From an uncultured bacterium (GTDB taxonomy: Bacteria > CAIWAD01): DNA of 64,000 nucleotides. Shown piece by piece: positions 56,563 to 64,000 of the stretch (its first letter is position 1; each line of letters begins with the position of its first letter). Location of the stretch: the NCBI GenBank assembly GCA_903910645.1, contig CAIWAD010000124.1, positions 16,445 through 80,444 of the forward strand, in the 5' to 3' direction. The translations under genes were made by a program, and so were the position numbers. Below the pieces are notes generated by a model that was not told where the DNA came from, did no database searches, and worked only from the letters and a program-made list of their open reading frames with translations.

Positions 56563-57213
56563 ATGGTGTTGACGCGCACTCCGCGACTTTTGCTTGCCGC
56601 CGCCCTGCTGGTGGTCTGGTTTCCCAGGTTCAGCTCAGCCGCCCGTCCCTTCACGACAGAGGATGCCGGCACCGCCGGAAGCCGGGTGACCGAACTGGAG
56701 GCAGCGCTGGACATGACCCACGAGAGCGCCTGCAGTGGCTTTGCACTGAGCCGGGGCTTGAGCGGGAGGCTGGATGTCGGTCTTGCCTTTTGTCTGGAGC
56801 ATCGGGACGGCGGCAGCGCCTACGATGGCGCTGAAGCCTCCTTCAAGCTGGCCTTGTGGCCGGAACATGTGGCCCTGGCGGGGGTGGCGGCCTTGAACGC
56901 GCCGGGACGCGGCCTGACCCTGGCCTGGTCCCAGGGCCTGGGCACCCTGCAATTGGATGCCAGCCTGGGATCCTTCCTGGAACTGGGAGGCAACGCGCAT
57001 GGCGAGTGGGGTCTGGCGCTGAGTGGCGCAAGGGGCTCCATTGGCATGGGTGCGGAACTGCACGGCCTGCAGGACGAGGCGGCCACCTGGCTGGTGGGAC
57101 TGACGGCGCCCATGGGCGCACTGGCCTTGGATGTGGGACTGGGAGGCGGCTTCCATCCCGGCCGGGACCTGACGGTGGTGGCCGGCATGACCCTGCCGCT
57201 CAACCCGCGCTGA
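56563..57213 (+). CDS. Hypothetical secreted protein (Gly/Ala/Leu-rich, possible small OM beta-barrel)
   Basis: Signal MVLTRTPRLLLAAALLVVWFPRFSSAA. Alternating Gly/Leu pattern (LDVGLAF, LALDVGLGGGF). No known motifs. Confidence 0.35.
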   Translation: MVLTRTPRLLLAAALLVVWFPRFSSAARPFTTEDAGTAGSRVTELEAALDMTHESACSGFALSRGLSGRLDVGLAFCLEHRDGGSAYDGAEASFKLALWPEHVALAGVAALNAPGRGLTLAWSQGLGTLQLDASLGSFLELGGNAHGEWGLALSGARGSIGMGAELHGLQDEAATWLVGLTAPMGALALDVGLGGGFHPGRDLTVVAGMTLPLNPR

Positions 57214-57225
57214 AGCGCGGCCGCA

Positions 57226-57894
57226 TCAGCCCTGTTGCTTCAGCCCGGCGCTCTCCCGCCGGGCTTTCAGGTATTCCACCACCGGTGGCACGCAGCTGAG
57301 CACGATGATGGCCAGGATGACGAGCTTGAAATTGCGCTGCACGAAGGGCAACTGGCCGAAGGTGTGCCCGCCGTAGACGAATAGACCCACCCAGGACAGG
57401 CCGCCCACCACATTGTAGGCCAGGAAGTGGCGGTAGCTCATGGCGCCCACGCCAGCCACGAAGGGCGCGAAAGTGCGGATGATGGGCACGAAACGCGCCA
57501 GGATGATGGTCTTGCCGCCGTGGCGCTCAAAGAAGGCGTGGGTGCGCTCCAGGTGCTGGCGGTTGAACAAGCGCGAGGCCTCCCCGCGGAAGACGCGCGG
57601 GCCAATGAGATGGCCAATCCAATAGTTGAGCGTGTCGCCCAGGATGGCGGCCACGCTGAGCAGCAGGAAAAGGGTGTGGACATCCAGGCTGGAGCCAGGC
57701 GCCGCCGCCAGGGAACCAGCGGCGAAGAGCAGGGAGTCGCCAGGTAACAGCGGCAGGAAAACCAGACCTGTTTCGCAAAAAATGATGGCGAAGAGGATGC
57801 CGTAGAGCCAGGTCCCGTACTGTGCCGCCAGACTGACCAGATGCGTGTCGATGTGCAGGATGAAATCCACCAGGCTCTTCAGCAGCTCAATCAC
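57226..57894 (-). CDS. DedA-family membrane protein
   Basis: [18 protein letters not shown] and [16 protein letters not shown] are DedA/SNARE-associated signatures. Confidence 0.8.
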   Translation of the reverse strand: MIELLKSLVDFILHIDTHLVSLAAQYGTWLYGILFAIIFCETGLVFLPLLPGDSLLFAAGSLAAAPGSSLDVHTLFLLLSVAAILGDTLNYWIGHLIGPRVFRGEASRLFNRQHLERTHAFFERHGGKTIILARFVPIIRTFAPFVAGVGAMSYRHFLAYNVVGGLSWVGLFVYGGHTFGQLPFVQRNFKLVILAIIVLSCVPPVVEYLKARRESAGLKQQG

Positions 57895-57906
57895 CAGGCT
57901 CCCTTT

Positions 57907-58368
57907 CTATTTGCCGAATGCGATGTCGTCGGACAGCTCGTTCACATCGTCGGCTTGGTGGGGGAAATGCCGCCCCAGATGGTCGCCCACGGCCAACACG
58001 GCCTCCGCCAGGCCATCCGCGAAGCGGTCTTCGCGAAAGTGCCGGGCCATGGCCTGGGCGGTTTGCTGCCAGAAGGCATCGCCCACCCGCTTGTGCAACT
58101 CTTCATCACCCACAATGGCGAAGCGCTGGGAGCGCGTGGCCAAATAGACGAGCACGCCGTTGCGCTGGACCGTGTTGTGCATGCCAAGGCCGGCAAAAAT
58201 CTGCCGGGCGCGCCGATAGGGATCCCGGCGGAAAAGGGGCAGACGCCCTTCCAGATAAACGCGGATCTCCGCGCTGGTGCCCGCTTCGGCTTTCTCCACC
58301 GCGGACTTCACCTGGTCCTGCTCCTCCTGGCTCAGGAAGAGGGCGGGCCGTTTGTGCCGTGTCATGCT
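57907..58368 (-). CDS. TPM-domain (DUF477-like) protein
   Basis: Internal start MTRHKRPALFLSQEEQDQVKSAVEKAEAGTSAEIRVYL. Typical TPM-domain N-terminus. 1-nt overlap with the upstream TPM gene. Confidence 0.55.
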   Translation of the reverse strand, partial: SMTRHKRPALFLSQEEQDQVKSAVEKAEAGTSAEIRVYLEGRLPLFRRDPYRRARQIFAGLGMHNTVQRNGVLVYLATRSQRFAIVGDEELHKRVGDAFWQQTAQAMARHFREDRFADGLAEAVLAVGDHLGRHFPHQADDVNELSDDIAFGK

Positions 58369-59122
58369 ACCACCCTCCACTGGCGCCACCGCCACCCGAG
58401 AAGCCTCCGCCGCCGGAGAAGCCGCCTCCACCCCCACCACCGAAGCCACCGCCGCCAAAGCCACCGCCCCGGCTGGCCGAGCCAAGGATGCTGCCAATGA
58501 TGAGCGGCGTCATGCCGCCTCCCCTGCCCCGTCCACCAAAAAGTGCCACCAGCGCCACCAGGGCCAGGAATCCAAACAAGCCTCCGCCACGGGAGCGTCC
58601 ACCGCGCCGGGACTGGGTTTGCGCAACCTCTCCCTTGGCCAGGGGATCATCCGGCGCCACACGACGCGCCACCTCCACCATCAGGAACTTGAAGCGCGCG
58701 CTGGCGGGATCCCGGGGAATCTGCAGCATCTCGCGGATGATGCGGCCCGCCTGGATGTCCGGCAGGCTCTCCTCCAGTCCGTAGCCCACCTCGATGCGCG
58801 AGGCCTTGGCATTGGGCAAGACCAGGGCCAGCACGCCGCGCTGGGTGTCCTTGTTGCCAATCTTCCAATGCTGGTAGAGCCGGTTGGTGTAATCGGTGAT
58901 CTCCGCGTCCGCCTCCGGCAACACGGCAATGAGGAACTGGATGCCCGTGCGCTGTTCGAAGGCGTAGAGCTGATCCGCCAGGACCCGGGCGTCATCCGCC
59001 GACACAATGCCCACAAAGTCCTCAAAATGGCGGGTGGGTGCGGGCGGCAATTCGCCCGCGGCAAAAACCCGGCCCAGCGTGAGGAACAGCAGGGCCAGCA
59101 GAAAGAGGCGGGCGCGTCTCAT
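58367..59122 (-). CDS. TPM-domain (YgcG-like) membrane protein with Gly-rich C-terminal tail
   Basis: Signal MRRARLFLLALLFLTLG. FEDFVGIVSADDARVLADQLYAFEQRTGIQFLIAVLP is a TPM-domain motif. Then a TM helix and a tail GGGFGGGGFGGGGGGGFSGGGGFSGGGG. Confidence 0.6.
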   Translation of the reverse strand: MRRARLFLLALLFLTLGRVFAAGELPPAPTRHFEDFVGIVSADDARVLADQLYAFEQRTGIQFLIAVLPEADAEITDYTNRLYQHWKIGNKDTQRGVLALVLPNAKASRIEVGYGLEESLPDIQAGRIIREMLQIPRDPASARFKFLMVEVARRVAPDDPLAKGEVAQTQSRRGGRSRGGGLFGFLALVALVALFGGRGRGGGMTPLIIGSILGSASRGGGFGGGGFGGGGGGGFSGGGGFSGGGGASGGW

Positions 59123-59159
59123 GGACGGCCTCCTGCGCTAAGGGACACGGATAGGGCCG

Positions 59160-59765
59160 CTATTTCTCGAAGCTCACTTTGGGGGCCTTCTCGGCACCCT
59201 CGTCGGCCTGGAAGTACTCGTGCTTCTGCAGTCCGGCAATGCCCGCAATGATGTTGGCGGGGAAGCGGCGGATGCCCGCGTTGAAGTCTTTGGCCATGTC
59301 GTTGAAGCGGCGGCGCTCCACGGCGATGCGGTTCTCCGTGCCTTCCAGCTGGGTCTGCAGATCCAGGAAGTTCTGATTGGCCTTCAGGTCGGGATACTTC
59401 TCCACCACCACCATCAGGCGGCCCAGCGCGCTGCTCAGCTCACCCTGGGCGGCCTGGAACTTCTGCAGGGCCTGCGGATTGTTCAGGGCCTCCGGCGTCA
59501 ACTCGGCGGTCACCTGGGTGGCCTTGGCCCGCGCCTGCACCACACCCTCCAGCGTTTCGCGCTCATGAACGGCGTAGCCCTTCACCGTCTCCACCAGATT
59601 GGGGATAAGGTCCGCCCGCCGCTGGTAGACGTTTTCCACATTCGCCCACTGCCCCGTGACGCCCTCATCCAGGCTCACCAGGGTGTTGTACTTGCCAATG
59701 CTGCCGAAAACCAGCAACACCAGGAGCAGCACCACGCCGCCCACGATCATCAGGGTCTTGCTCAT
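59160..59765 (-). CDS. LemA-family protein
   Basis: Start MSKTLMIVGGVVLLLVLLVFG (N-terminal TM). YNTLVSLDEGVTGQWANVENVYQRRADLIPNLVETVKGYA is the LemA core. Confidence 0.75.
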   Translation of the reverse strand: MSKTLMIVGGVVLLLVLLVFGSIGKYNTLVSLDEGVTGQWANVENVYQRRADLIPNLVETVKGYAVHERETLEGVVQARAKATQVTAELTPEALNNPQALQKFQAAQGELSSALGRLMVVVEKYPDLKANQNFLDLQTQLEGTENRIAVERRRFNDMAKDFNAGIRRFPANIIAGIAGLQKHEYFQADEGAEKAPKVSFEK

Positions 59766-59923
59766 GTTGTCCTCTCTTTTTCCACCGCGTGGGGCCGACA
59801 ATATCCACAAGGTGGGCGAGACCTGCCCCGCATTTCTTCAGGGGGCGGCCTTGGCCTCCAACCGGTGAAAGGGATGTCGGCAGGCCTTCCCTTGTCCAGC
59901 CAGGAAGCCGCCCGGCACCAGGC

Positions 59924-60442
59924 TCAGGCCAGCAGCTTGCGACCAATGGTGGCGAAGTCCCGGGCAAAGAGCGCCAGGCGCTCCTCCAGGGCCGGCACCG
60001 GCGCCCCGTCTTCAGGCAGGTCCCTCTCCAGCGCGTAGACCACTCGGGGCAGCTGGATCATGCGCCACTCGTTCATGCACATCTGCGTCAGGTGCATGGT
60101 GCTCAAATAGCTCTTCTCGCCACCTGCGGCGCACAAGATGCCGAAGAACTTGTCCTCGCAGCCCTTCATGCAGGTGTCCAGCACCATTTTCAAGCCATCG
60201 TTCACCGTGTAGCAGTGCACGCCCATGCCGAAGACATAGTTGTCCGACTCGGCCACCAGGTCGGCCAGGGCGCGCATGCTGTCTGTTTTGCCCAGATGGC
60301 AGGGACGCAGTTCGATATCGCGCAGGTCCACCCAGCGAGTGTCCACTTCATGCTCCGTGCGCAGCAGCTCGTCAACACGCTGGCACAGCCGTCGGGAGCG
60401 GGAGGCGGGGTTAAGGGAACTGGAAAGCACCAGAGTGCGCAT
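59924..60442 (-). CDS. NAD(P)H-dependent FMN reductase-like flavoprotein
   Basis: Start MRTLVLSSSLNPASRSR, then DNYVFGMGVHCYTVND. Flavodoxin-like fold pattern of PF03358. Confidence 0.55.
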   Translation of the reverse strand: MRTLVLSSSLNPASRSRRLCQRVDELLRTEHEVDTRWVDLRDIELRPCHLGKTDSMRALADLVAESDNYVFGMGVHCYTVNDGLKMVLDTCMKGCEDKFFGILCAAGGEKSYLSTMHLTQMCMNEWRMIQLPRVVYALERDLPEDGAPVPALEERLALFARDFATIGRKLLA

Positions 60443-60590
60443 GGATGTCTTCTCCAATGATGAGCGCTTTGTTGTGAAGGAATAAACCTGGGGATCTTGA
60501 TGCTTGTCATGGCGCGGGTCACCCGGAAACTCCATCCTTCAGTGTCCAGCGCGGCTCAGGCATCGCCGGATCCCACACCAGCCAAAGAAC

Positions 60591-62609
60591 ATGAAAAGCC
60601 GGGAGTTTGCCATGACCATGCCTTGGCGCGGGCAGCCACTTGCCCTCCTGTGCGTGCTGGCCCTGTGCCACGCCGCTGCCGCGGTGCAGATCTTCAACCA
60701 GCCCCACAACGGCACCGGAACCTTGTACCAATCCTCCTGGCTGGAACCCGATGGCAGCAATAGCGACCAGTTCGCCTATGACTCTTTCCAAATGGCCAGC
60801 TCACAGGCCATCACGGAAATCCACTGGCGCGGCGGCCACGATCCAGCGTTCGTGTGGTGGAGCACGCCGGTGCTCAGCTTCCGCGTGGACATCTACGGCA
60901 ACAACGGCAACCTCATGCAACCCGATGTGGTTCACCCGCCTCTGGTGAGCTACACCAGCACAGATGCCTGCGGTGAGAGCCCGGTTGGGGTCTTCGGCGG
61001 CACCACCTTGCACGACTACCACTTCACCCTGCCCTCGCCTTTTCAGGCCGTGGGTGGAACGCGCTACTGGGTGCAGATCACCGCGGAGCAGCATGGCATT
61101 CCGGACTGGGGATTCGCCGCCGCCAGCGGAGGCAATGGCAGCCATTTCCGGCGCCTCTCCGAGTACCAGTTCCAGAGCATTTCCGGGGATTGCGCCTTCA
61201 GCCTGTACACCAGTGCCGATCCCACCGCCCTCATCAGCGCCACGGTGGAGCCCGTCGGCACCGGCAGCGTGATGGGCGCGGGACTCTATCCCCTGGGCAG
61301 CAGCGCCACCCTGGTGGCCACGGCAGAGGCGGGCTTCGGCTTCCAGCAGTGGACAGAGAACGGCCAGCCCGTCAGCCAGAACAGCCGCTACACCTTCAGC
61401 GTCACGGCCAACCGCAGTTTGGTGGCCCACTTCCTGCCCACCCATTCCCTGGTTCTGGAGCGCTGGCCCGCCACCGGGGGCCATGTGCAGGGCGGAGGCG
61501 TGTTCAATACCGGCAGCGCGGTGGGCATCCTGGCCACTCCCAGCCCGGGCCATCACTTCGTGGCTTGGCTGGACGGTGGCAGCACTTTCATGGGAAGCAA
61601 TCCGGACACCACCCTGATCCTGGACAGCGATCGCTTTGTGGCGGCCCAGTTCGAGGCGGATCCCGCCACCGCCGTCTTTGATTTCGACAACGCTTACCCC
61701 CCCGTCTATCCCCACCAGACCATGCCGTCCGTGCAGAGCCAGGCCGGCCTGTCCTGCAACTTCACGGCGCGCTCCGGCTTCTGGTCGGTGCAGAACACCA
61801 TCTATGGCTGGACGCCATTGGATTTCGGCGGGAACTTCCTGTACCCCTCCACTTCCTGGAGCTCGCTGGCCTTCAACTTCGATGCTCCCCTGACGGAGCT
61901 GGCGCTGGACTTCTGCACCAGCGAGATCGCCGCCGAGTTCGACATGGGATCCCTGTTGCGCCTGCGGGCATATGCCACCTCGGAGACCGGCCCTGTGCTG
62001 GCGGAGTGCAGCGGGCGTGGCCAGTGGGTGGGACTAATGTACCCGGAGGGCCGCCTGCATCTGGTGTCGGCGGAACCCTTCCAGACCGTGGTGGTGGACT
62101 TTGGGCCTGCCCAGGGTGGTCCTTTGGGCGATCTCTTCTGGGTGGACAATCTCATTGCCGTGCGCGCCTCCGCGCCTCCCCAGCTCCTGACCCTGGATGC
62201 CTGGCCGCCGGAAGGTGGCACGCTGGAGGGAGCCGGCTTGTGGGATGCGGGACTGGAAGTCCTGGCCACGGCCTGGGCCGCGCCTGGCTTCCAGTTCTCC
62301 CATTGGGAAGAGTATGGAGTCCTGCGCTCCTCCGCCAATCCCCTTGCCGTGACCATGGACCAGACCCACGCCCTTACCGCCGTGTTCGCCCCCGTGTTGG
62401 AAGCATTGGTGGACACGGGGGCCGATCCAGTCCAGGCCTGGCTGCGCTGGCCGGATTCCACGGGCAGCTGGATGCTGGAGCAGTCTCCGGGCACCTATCC
62501 GCCCGCCTGGGTTCCCGTGGACGCGCCGGTGAGCGGCGTTGAGGGATGGAACGAACTCTATCTGCCTGTCACCCAGGGCGCCGTGCTGTATCGCTTGCGG
62601 AGGCCATGA
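60591..62609 (+). CDS. Secreted protein with divergent InlB B-repeat (Listeria-Bacteroides repeat)-like domains
   Basis: Signal peptide MKSREFAMTMPWRGQPLALLCVLALCHAAAA. Three repeats of the pattern G(G/T)xV.G.G.Y/F..GS.A.L.A.P..G..F..W (VEPVGTGSVMGAGLYPLGSSATLVATAEAGFGFQQW; GGHVQGGGVFNTGSAVGILATPSPGHHFVAW; GGTLEGAGLWDAGLEVLATAWAAPGFQFSHW). Confidence 0.5.
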   Translation: MKSREFAMTMPWRGQPLALLCVLALCHAAAAVQIFNQPHNGTGTLYQSSWLEPDGSNSDQFAYDSFQMASSQAITEIHWRGGHDPAFVWWSTPVLSFRVDIYGNNGNLMQPDVVHPPLVSYTSTDACGESPVGVFGGTTLHDYHFTLPSPFQAVGGTRYWVQITAEQHGIPDWGFAAASGGNGSHFRRLSEYQFQSISGDCAFSLYTSADPTALISATVEPVGTGSVMGAGLYPLGSSATLVATAEAGFGFQQWTENGQPVSQNSRYTFSVTANRSLVAHFLPTHSLVLERWPATGGHVQGGGVFNTGSAVGILATPSPGHHFVAWLDGGSTFMGSNPDTTLILDSDRFVAAQFEADPATAVFDFDNAYPPVYPHQTMPSVQSQAGLSCNFTARSGFWSVQNTIYGWTPLDFGGNFLYPSTSWSSLAFNFDAPLTELALDFCTSEIAAEFDMGSLLRLRAYATSETGPVLAECSGRGQWVGLMYPEGRLHLVSAEPFQTVVVDFGPAQGGPLGDLFWVDNLIAVRASAPPQLLTLDAWPPEGGTLEGAGLWDAGLEVLATAWAAPGFQFSHWEEYGVLRSSANPLAVTMDQTHALTAVFAPVLEALVDTGADPVQAWLRWPDSTGSWMLEQSPGTYPPAWVPVDAPVSGVEGWNELYLPVTQGAVLYRLRRP

Positions 62610-62774
62610 TCCACCTGCGTGCGGCAAGGCATGCTCTTCAATGCCACTTCGCATAGTTTTGTTCGTATTTCCGAATTCAAGACAAATCAAGTCCGAGAAA
62701 TCTCCTCTCCCGCGCCTCCTCTCCTTGCATGCCCTTTAGGGGAGAACTAGCTTGTCGGCCAATGACTAAAATCA

Positions 62775-62789
62775 GAACCACTTAGGTTC
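62775..62789. promoter_or_regulatory. Perfect inverted repeat GAACC-ACTTA-GGTTC upstream of the Rrf2 regulator (candidate operator)
   Basis: 15-bp palindrome ~20 nt upstream of the GTG start at 62809. An AGGAAGGA Shine-Dalgarno lies between them. The intergenic region 62610-62808 is the AT-richest in the window. Confidence 0.3.
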
Positions 62790-62808
62790 TACTTAGGAAG
62801 GACGCCCC

Positions 62809-63297
62809 GTGCTGCGCATCACCAAGCAAAGTGATTACGGCATCCTCTTGATGACCCTTATCGCCACCCGACCCGAATCCGGCTCGCACAGCGCGCGGGA
62901 TCTGGCGGATGAAACCGGCCTTCCCCTGCCCATGGTGGGCAAAATCCTGAAGCTGCTGGTGCGGGACGGCCTTCTGGTCAGCCAGCGCGGCGCCAAGGGC
63001 GGATACCGGCTAAGCAAGTCGCCGGCGGGCATCACGGTGGAAGACATTGTGCGCTCACTTGAAGGGCCCATCGCCATCACCGAGTGCTCGGAGACGGGTC
63101 CCGGCGGCTGTCGCTTCACTGGCGCCTGCACCCTGCAACCCAATTGGATGCGCATCAATCGAGCCCTGCGCAAGGCCCTGCAAGGCATCACCCTGATGGA
63201 CATGATGCCCGCGGATGGCAAGCTGGACGGCGTGTCCTGCGCAGGCATGACCCGCGCCGCCGAGGCCTTGGAGCGCATGGCCGGAGCAGGCGCATGA
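62809..63297 (+). CDS. Rrf2-family transcriptional regulator (IscR/SufR-like, Cys-containing)
   Basis: MLRITKQSDYGILLMTLIA and LPLPMVGKILKLLVRDGLLVSQRGAKGGYRL form the Rrf2 wHTH. Cys cluster CSETGPGGC...C. The stop overlaps the sufB start (ATGA). Confidence 0.8.
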   Translation: MLRITKQSDYGILLMTLIATRPESGSHSARDLADETGLPLPMVGKILKLLVRDGLLVSQRGAKGGYRLSKSPAGITVEDIVRSLEGPIAITECSETGPGGCRFTGACTLQPNWMRINRALRKALQGITLMDMMPADGKLDGVSCAGMTRAAEALERMAGAGA

Positions 63298-64000
63298 CAG
63301 AAGAGAAACGGCAGATCCACGAACTGGCCCAGCAGGACTACAAGTACGGCTTCGTCAGCGCCATTGACGCCGACACCTTCCCCGCCGGGCTAAGTGAAGA
63401 GATTGTGGCGGCCATCTCCCACCGCAAGGATGAGCCGGCCTACATGCTGGATTGGCGCATCAAGGCATTTCGCGCCTGGCGGGACATGCGCCTGCCCAAT
63501 TGGGCCTACCTCACCATTCCGCCCATCGATTTCCAGGCCATCTCCTATTACAGCGCCCCCCGCAAGAAGGAAGGCCCCGCCAGCCTGGACGATGTGGATC
63601 CGGACCTGCTGGAGACCTTTGAAAAGCTGGGCATCCCGTTGGGCGAGCGCGCCCGTCTGGCCGGCGTGGCGGTGGACGCGGTATTCGACAGTGAAAGTGT
63701 GAAGACCACTTACAAGGAAGAGCTGGCCGCCAAGGGCGTCATCTTCTGCTCCATGAGCGAGGCCCTGCGCGAGCATCCGGATCTGGTTCGCCGCCACCTG
63801 GGCAGCGTGGTGCCCGTGCGAGACAACTTCTACGCCGCGCTCAACTCCGCCGTCTTCAGTGACGGCTCCTTTGTCTACATCCCGCGCGGCGTGCGCTGCC
63901 CCATGGAATTGTCCACCTACTTCCGCATCAACGCGGCCGGCACGGGGCAGTTCGAGCGCACGCTCATCGTGGCGGATGAAGGCTCCCATGTGAGCTATCT
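63294..64000 (+). CDS. sufB: Fe-S cluster assembly protein SufB (5' part; runs off window end)
   Basis: ATG at 63294. My translation reads MTEEKRQIHELAQQDYKYGFVSAIDADTFPAGLSEEIV...AWRDMRLPNWAYL...FYAALNSAVFSDGSFVYIPRGVRCPMELSTYFRINAAGTGQFERTLIVADEGSHVSY. This is the highly conserved SufB N-terminal and core sequence. Not in the ORF track because there is no stop before the window end. Confidence 0.9.
   Translation, partial: MTEEKRQIHELAQQDYKYGFVSAIDADTFPAGLSEEIVAAISHRKDEPAYMLDWRIKAFRAWRDMRLPNWAYLTIPPIDFQAISYYSAPRKKEGPASLDDVDPDLLETFEKLGIPLGERARLAGVAVDAVFDSESVKTTYKEELAAKGVIFCSMSEALREHPDLVRRHLGSVVPVRDNFYAALNSAVFSDGSFVYIPRGVRCPMELSTYFRINAAGTGQFERTLIVADEGSHVSY

Noticed and set aside
1-64000. Scan for CRISPR arrays, tRNA/rRNA genes, transposases or integrases
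   Set aside because: No short direct-repeat/spacer periodicity was seen. No intergenic region exceeds ~260 nt. No transposase- or integrase-like ORFs were found. The GGTTCGAATCC tRNA T-arm consensus was not observed.

Overview
A 64-kb, high-GC (about 65-70%) bacterial chromosomal segment, with almost all of the first 54 kb encoded on the minus strand in tightly packed operons. Many adjacent genes share ATGA/GTGA start-stop overlaps. A type IX secretion C-terminal sorting domain on one secreted protein points to an FCB-group-like lineage (Rhodothermota/Gemmatimonadota-like GC). This is inference only. Gene content from low to high coordinates: (1) a noncanonical cell-wall cluster on the minus strand: an APH-fold kinase, then MurG fused to a C-terminal HEAT-like repeat domain, then MraY. 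(2) A T9SS-tagged RCC1 beta-propeller, a secreted protein with CBM20-like repeats and a large GH57-like enzyme, an MFS transporter, and a Kup K+ transporter carrying an unusual charged insertion. (3) The standout feature: an ~18-kb minus-strand operon (16.0-34.1 kb). It encodes six multihaem c-type cytochromes of 3 to 18 CxxCH each, about 70 haem motifs in total. It also encodes two inner-membrane di-haem cytochrome b modules (one fused c-b-c, one split), a ~600-aa outer-membrane beta-barrel, two NHL beta-propellers and two paralogous tandem-rhodanese lipoproteins. I read this as a candidate porin-cytochrome extracellular electron-transfer conduit, resembling Geobacter Cbc/Ext systems but with different composition. 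One cytochrome is interrupted by a single in-frame TGA inside a glycine-codon run. (4) An M23 peptidase with a TPR partner, Ogt, fused isobutyryl-CoA mutase IcmF, a YtrA-like GntR-ABC transporter operon, and recC-recB-recD-crcB. (5) Plus-strand SulP, then DedA, a LemA-TPM-TPM operon, an FMN reductase, a secreted protein with Listeria-Bacteroides (InlB B) repeats, and an Rrf2 regulator followed by partial sufB. No rRNA, tRNA, CRISPR array or mobile element was detected by eye.
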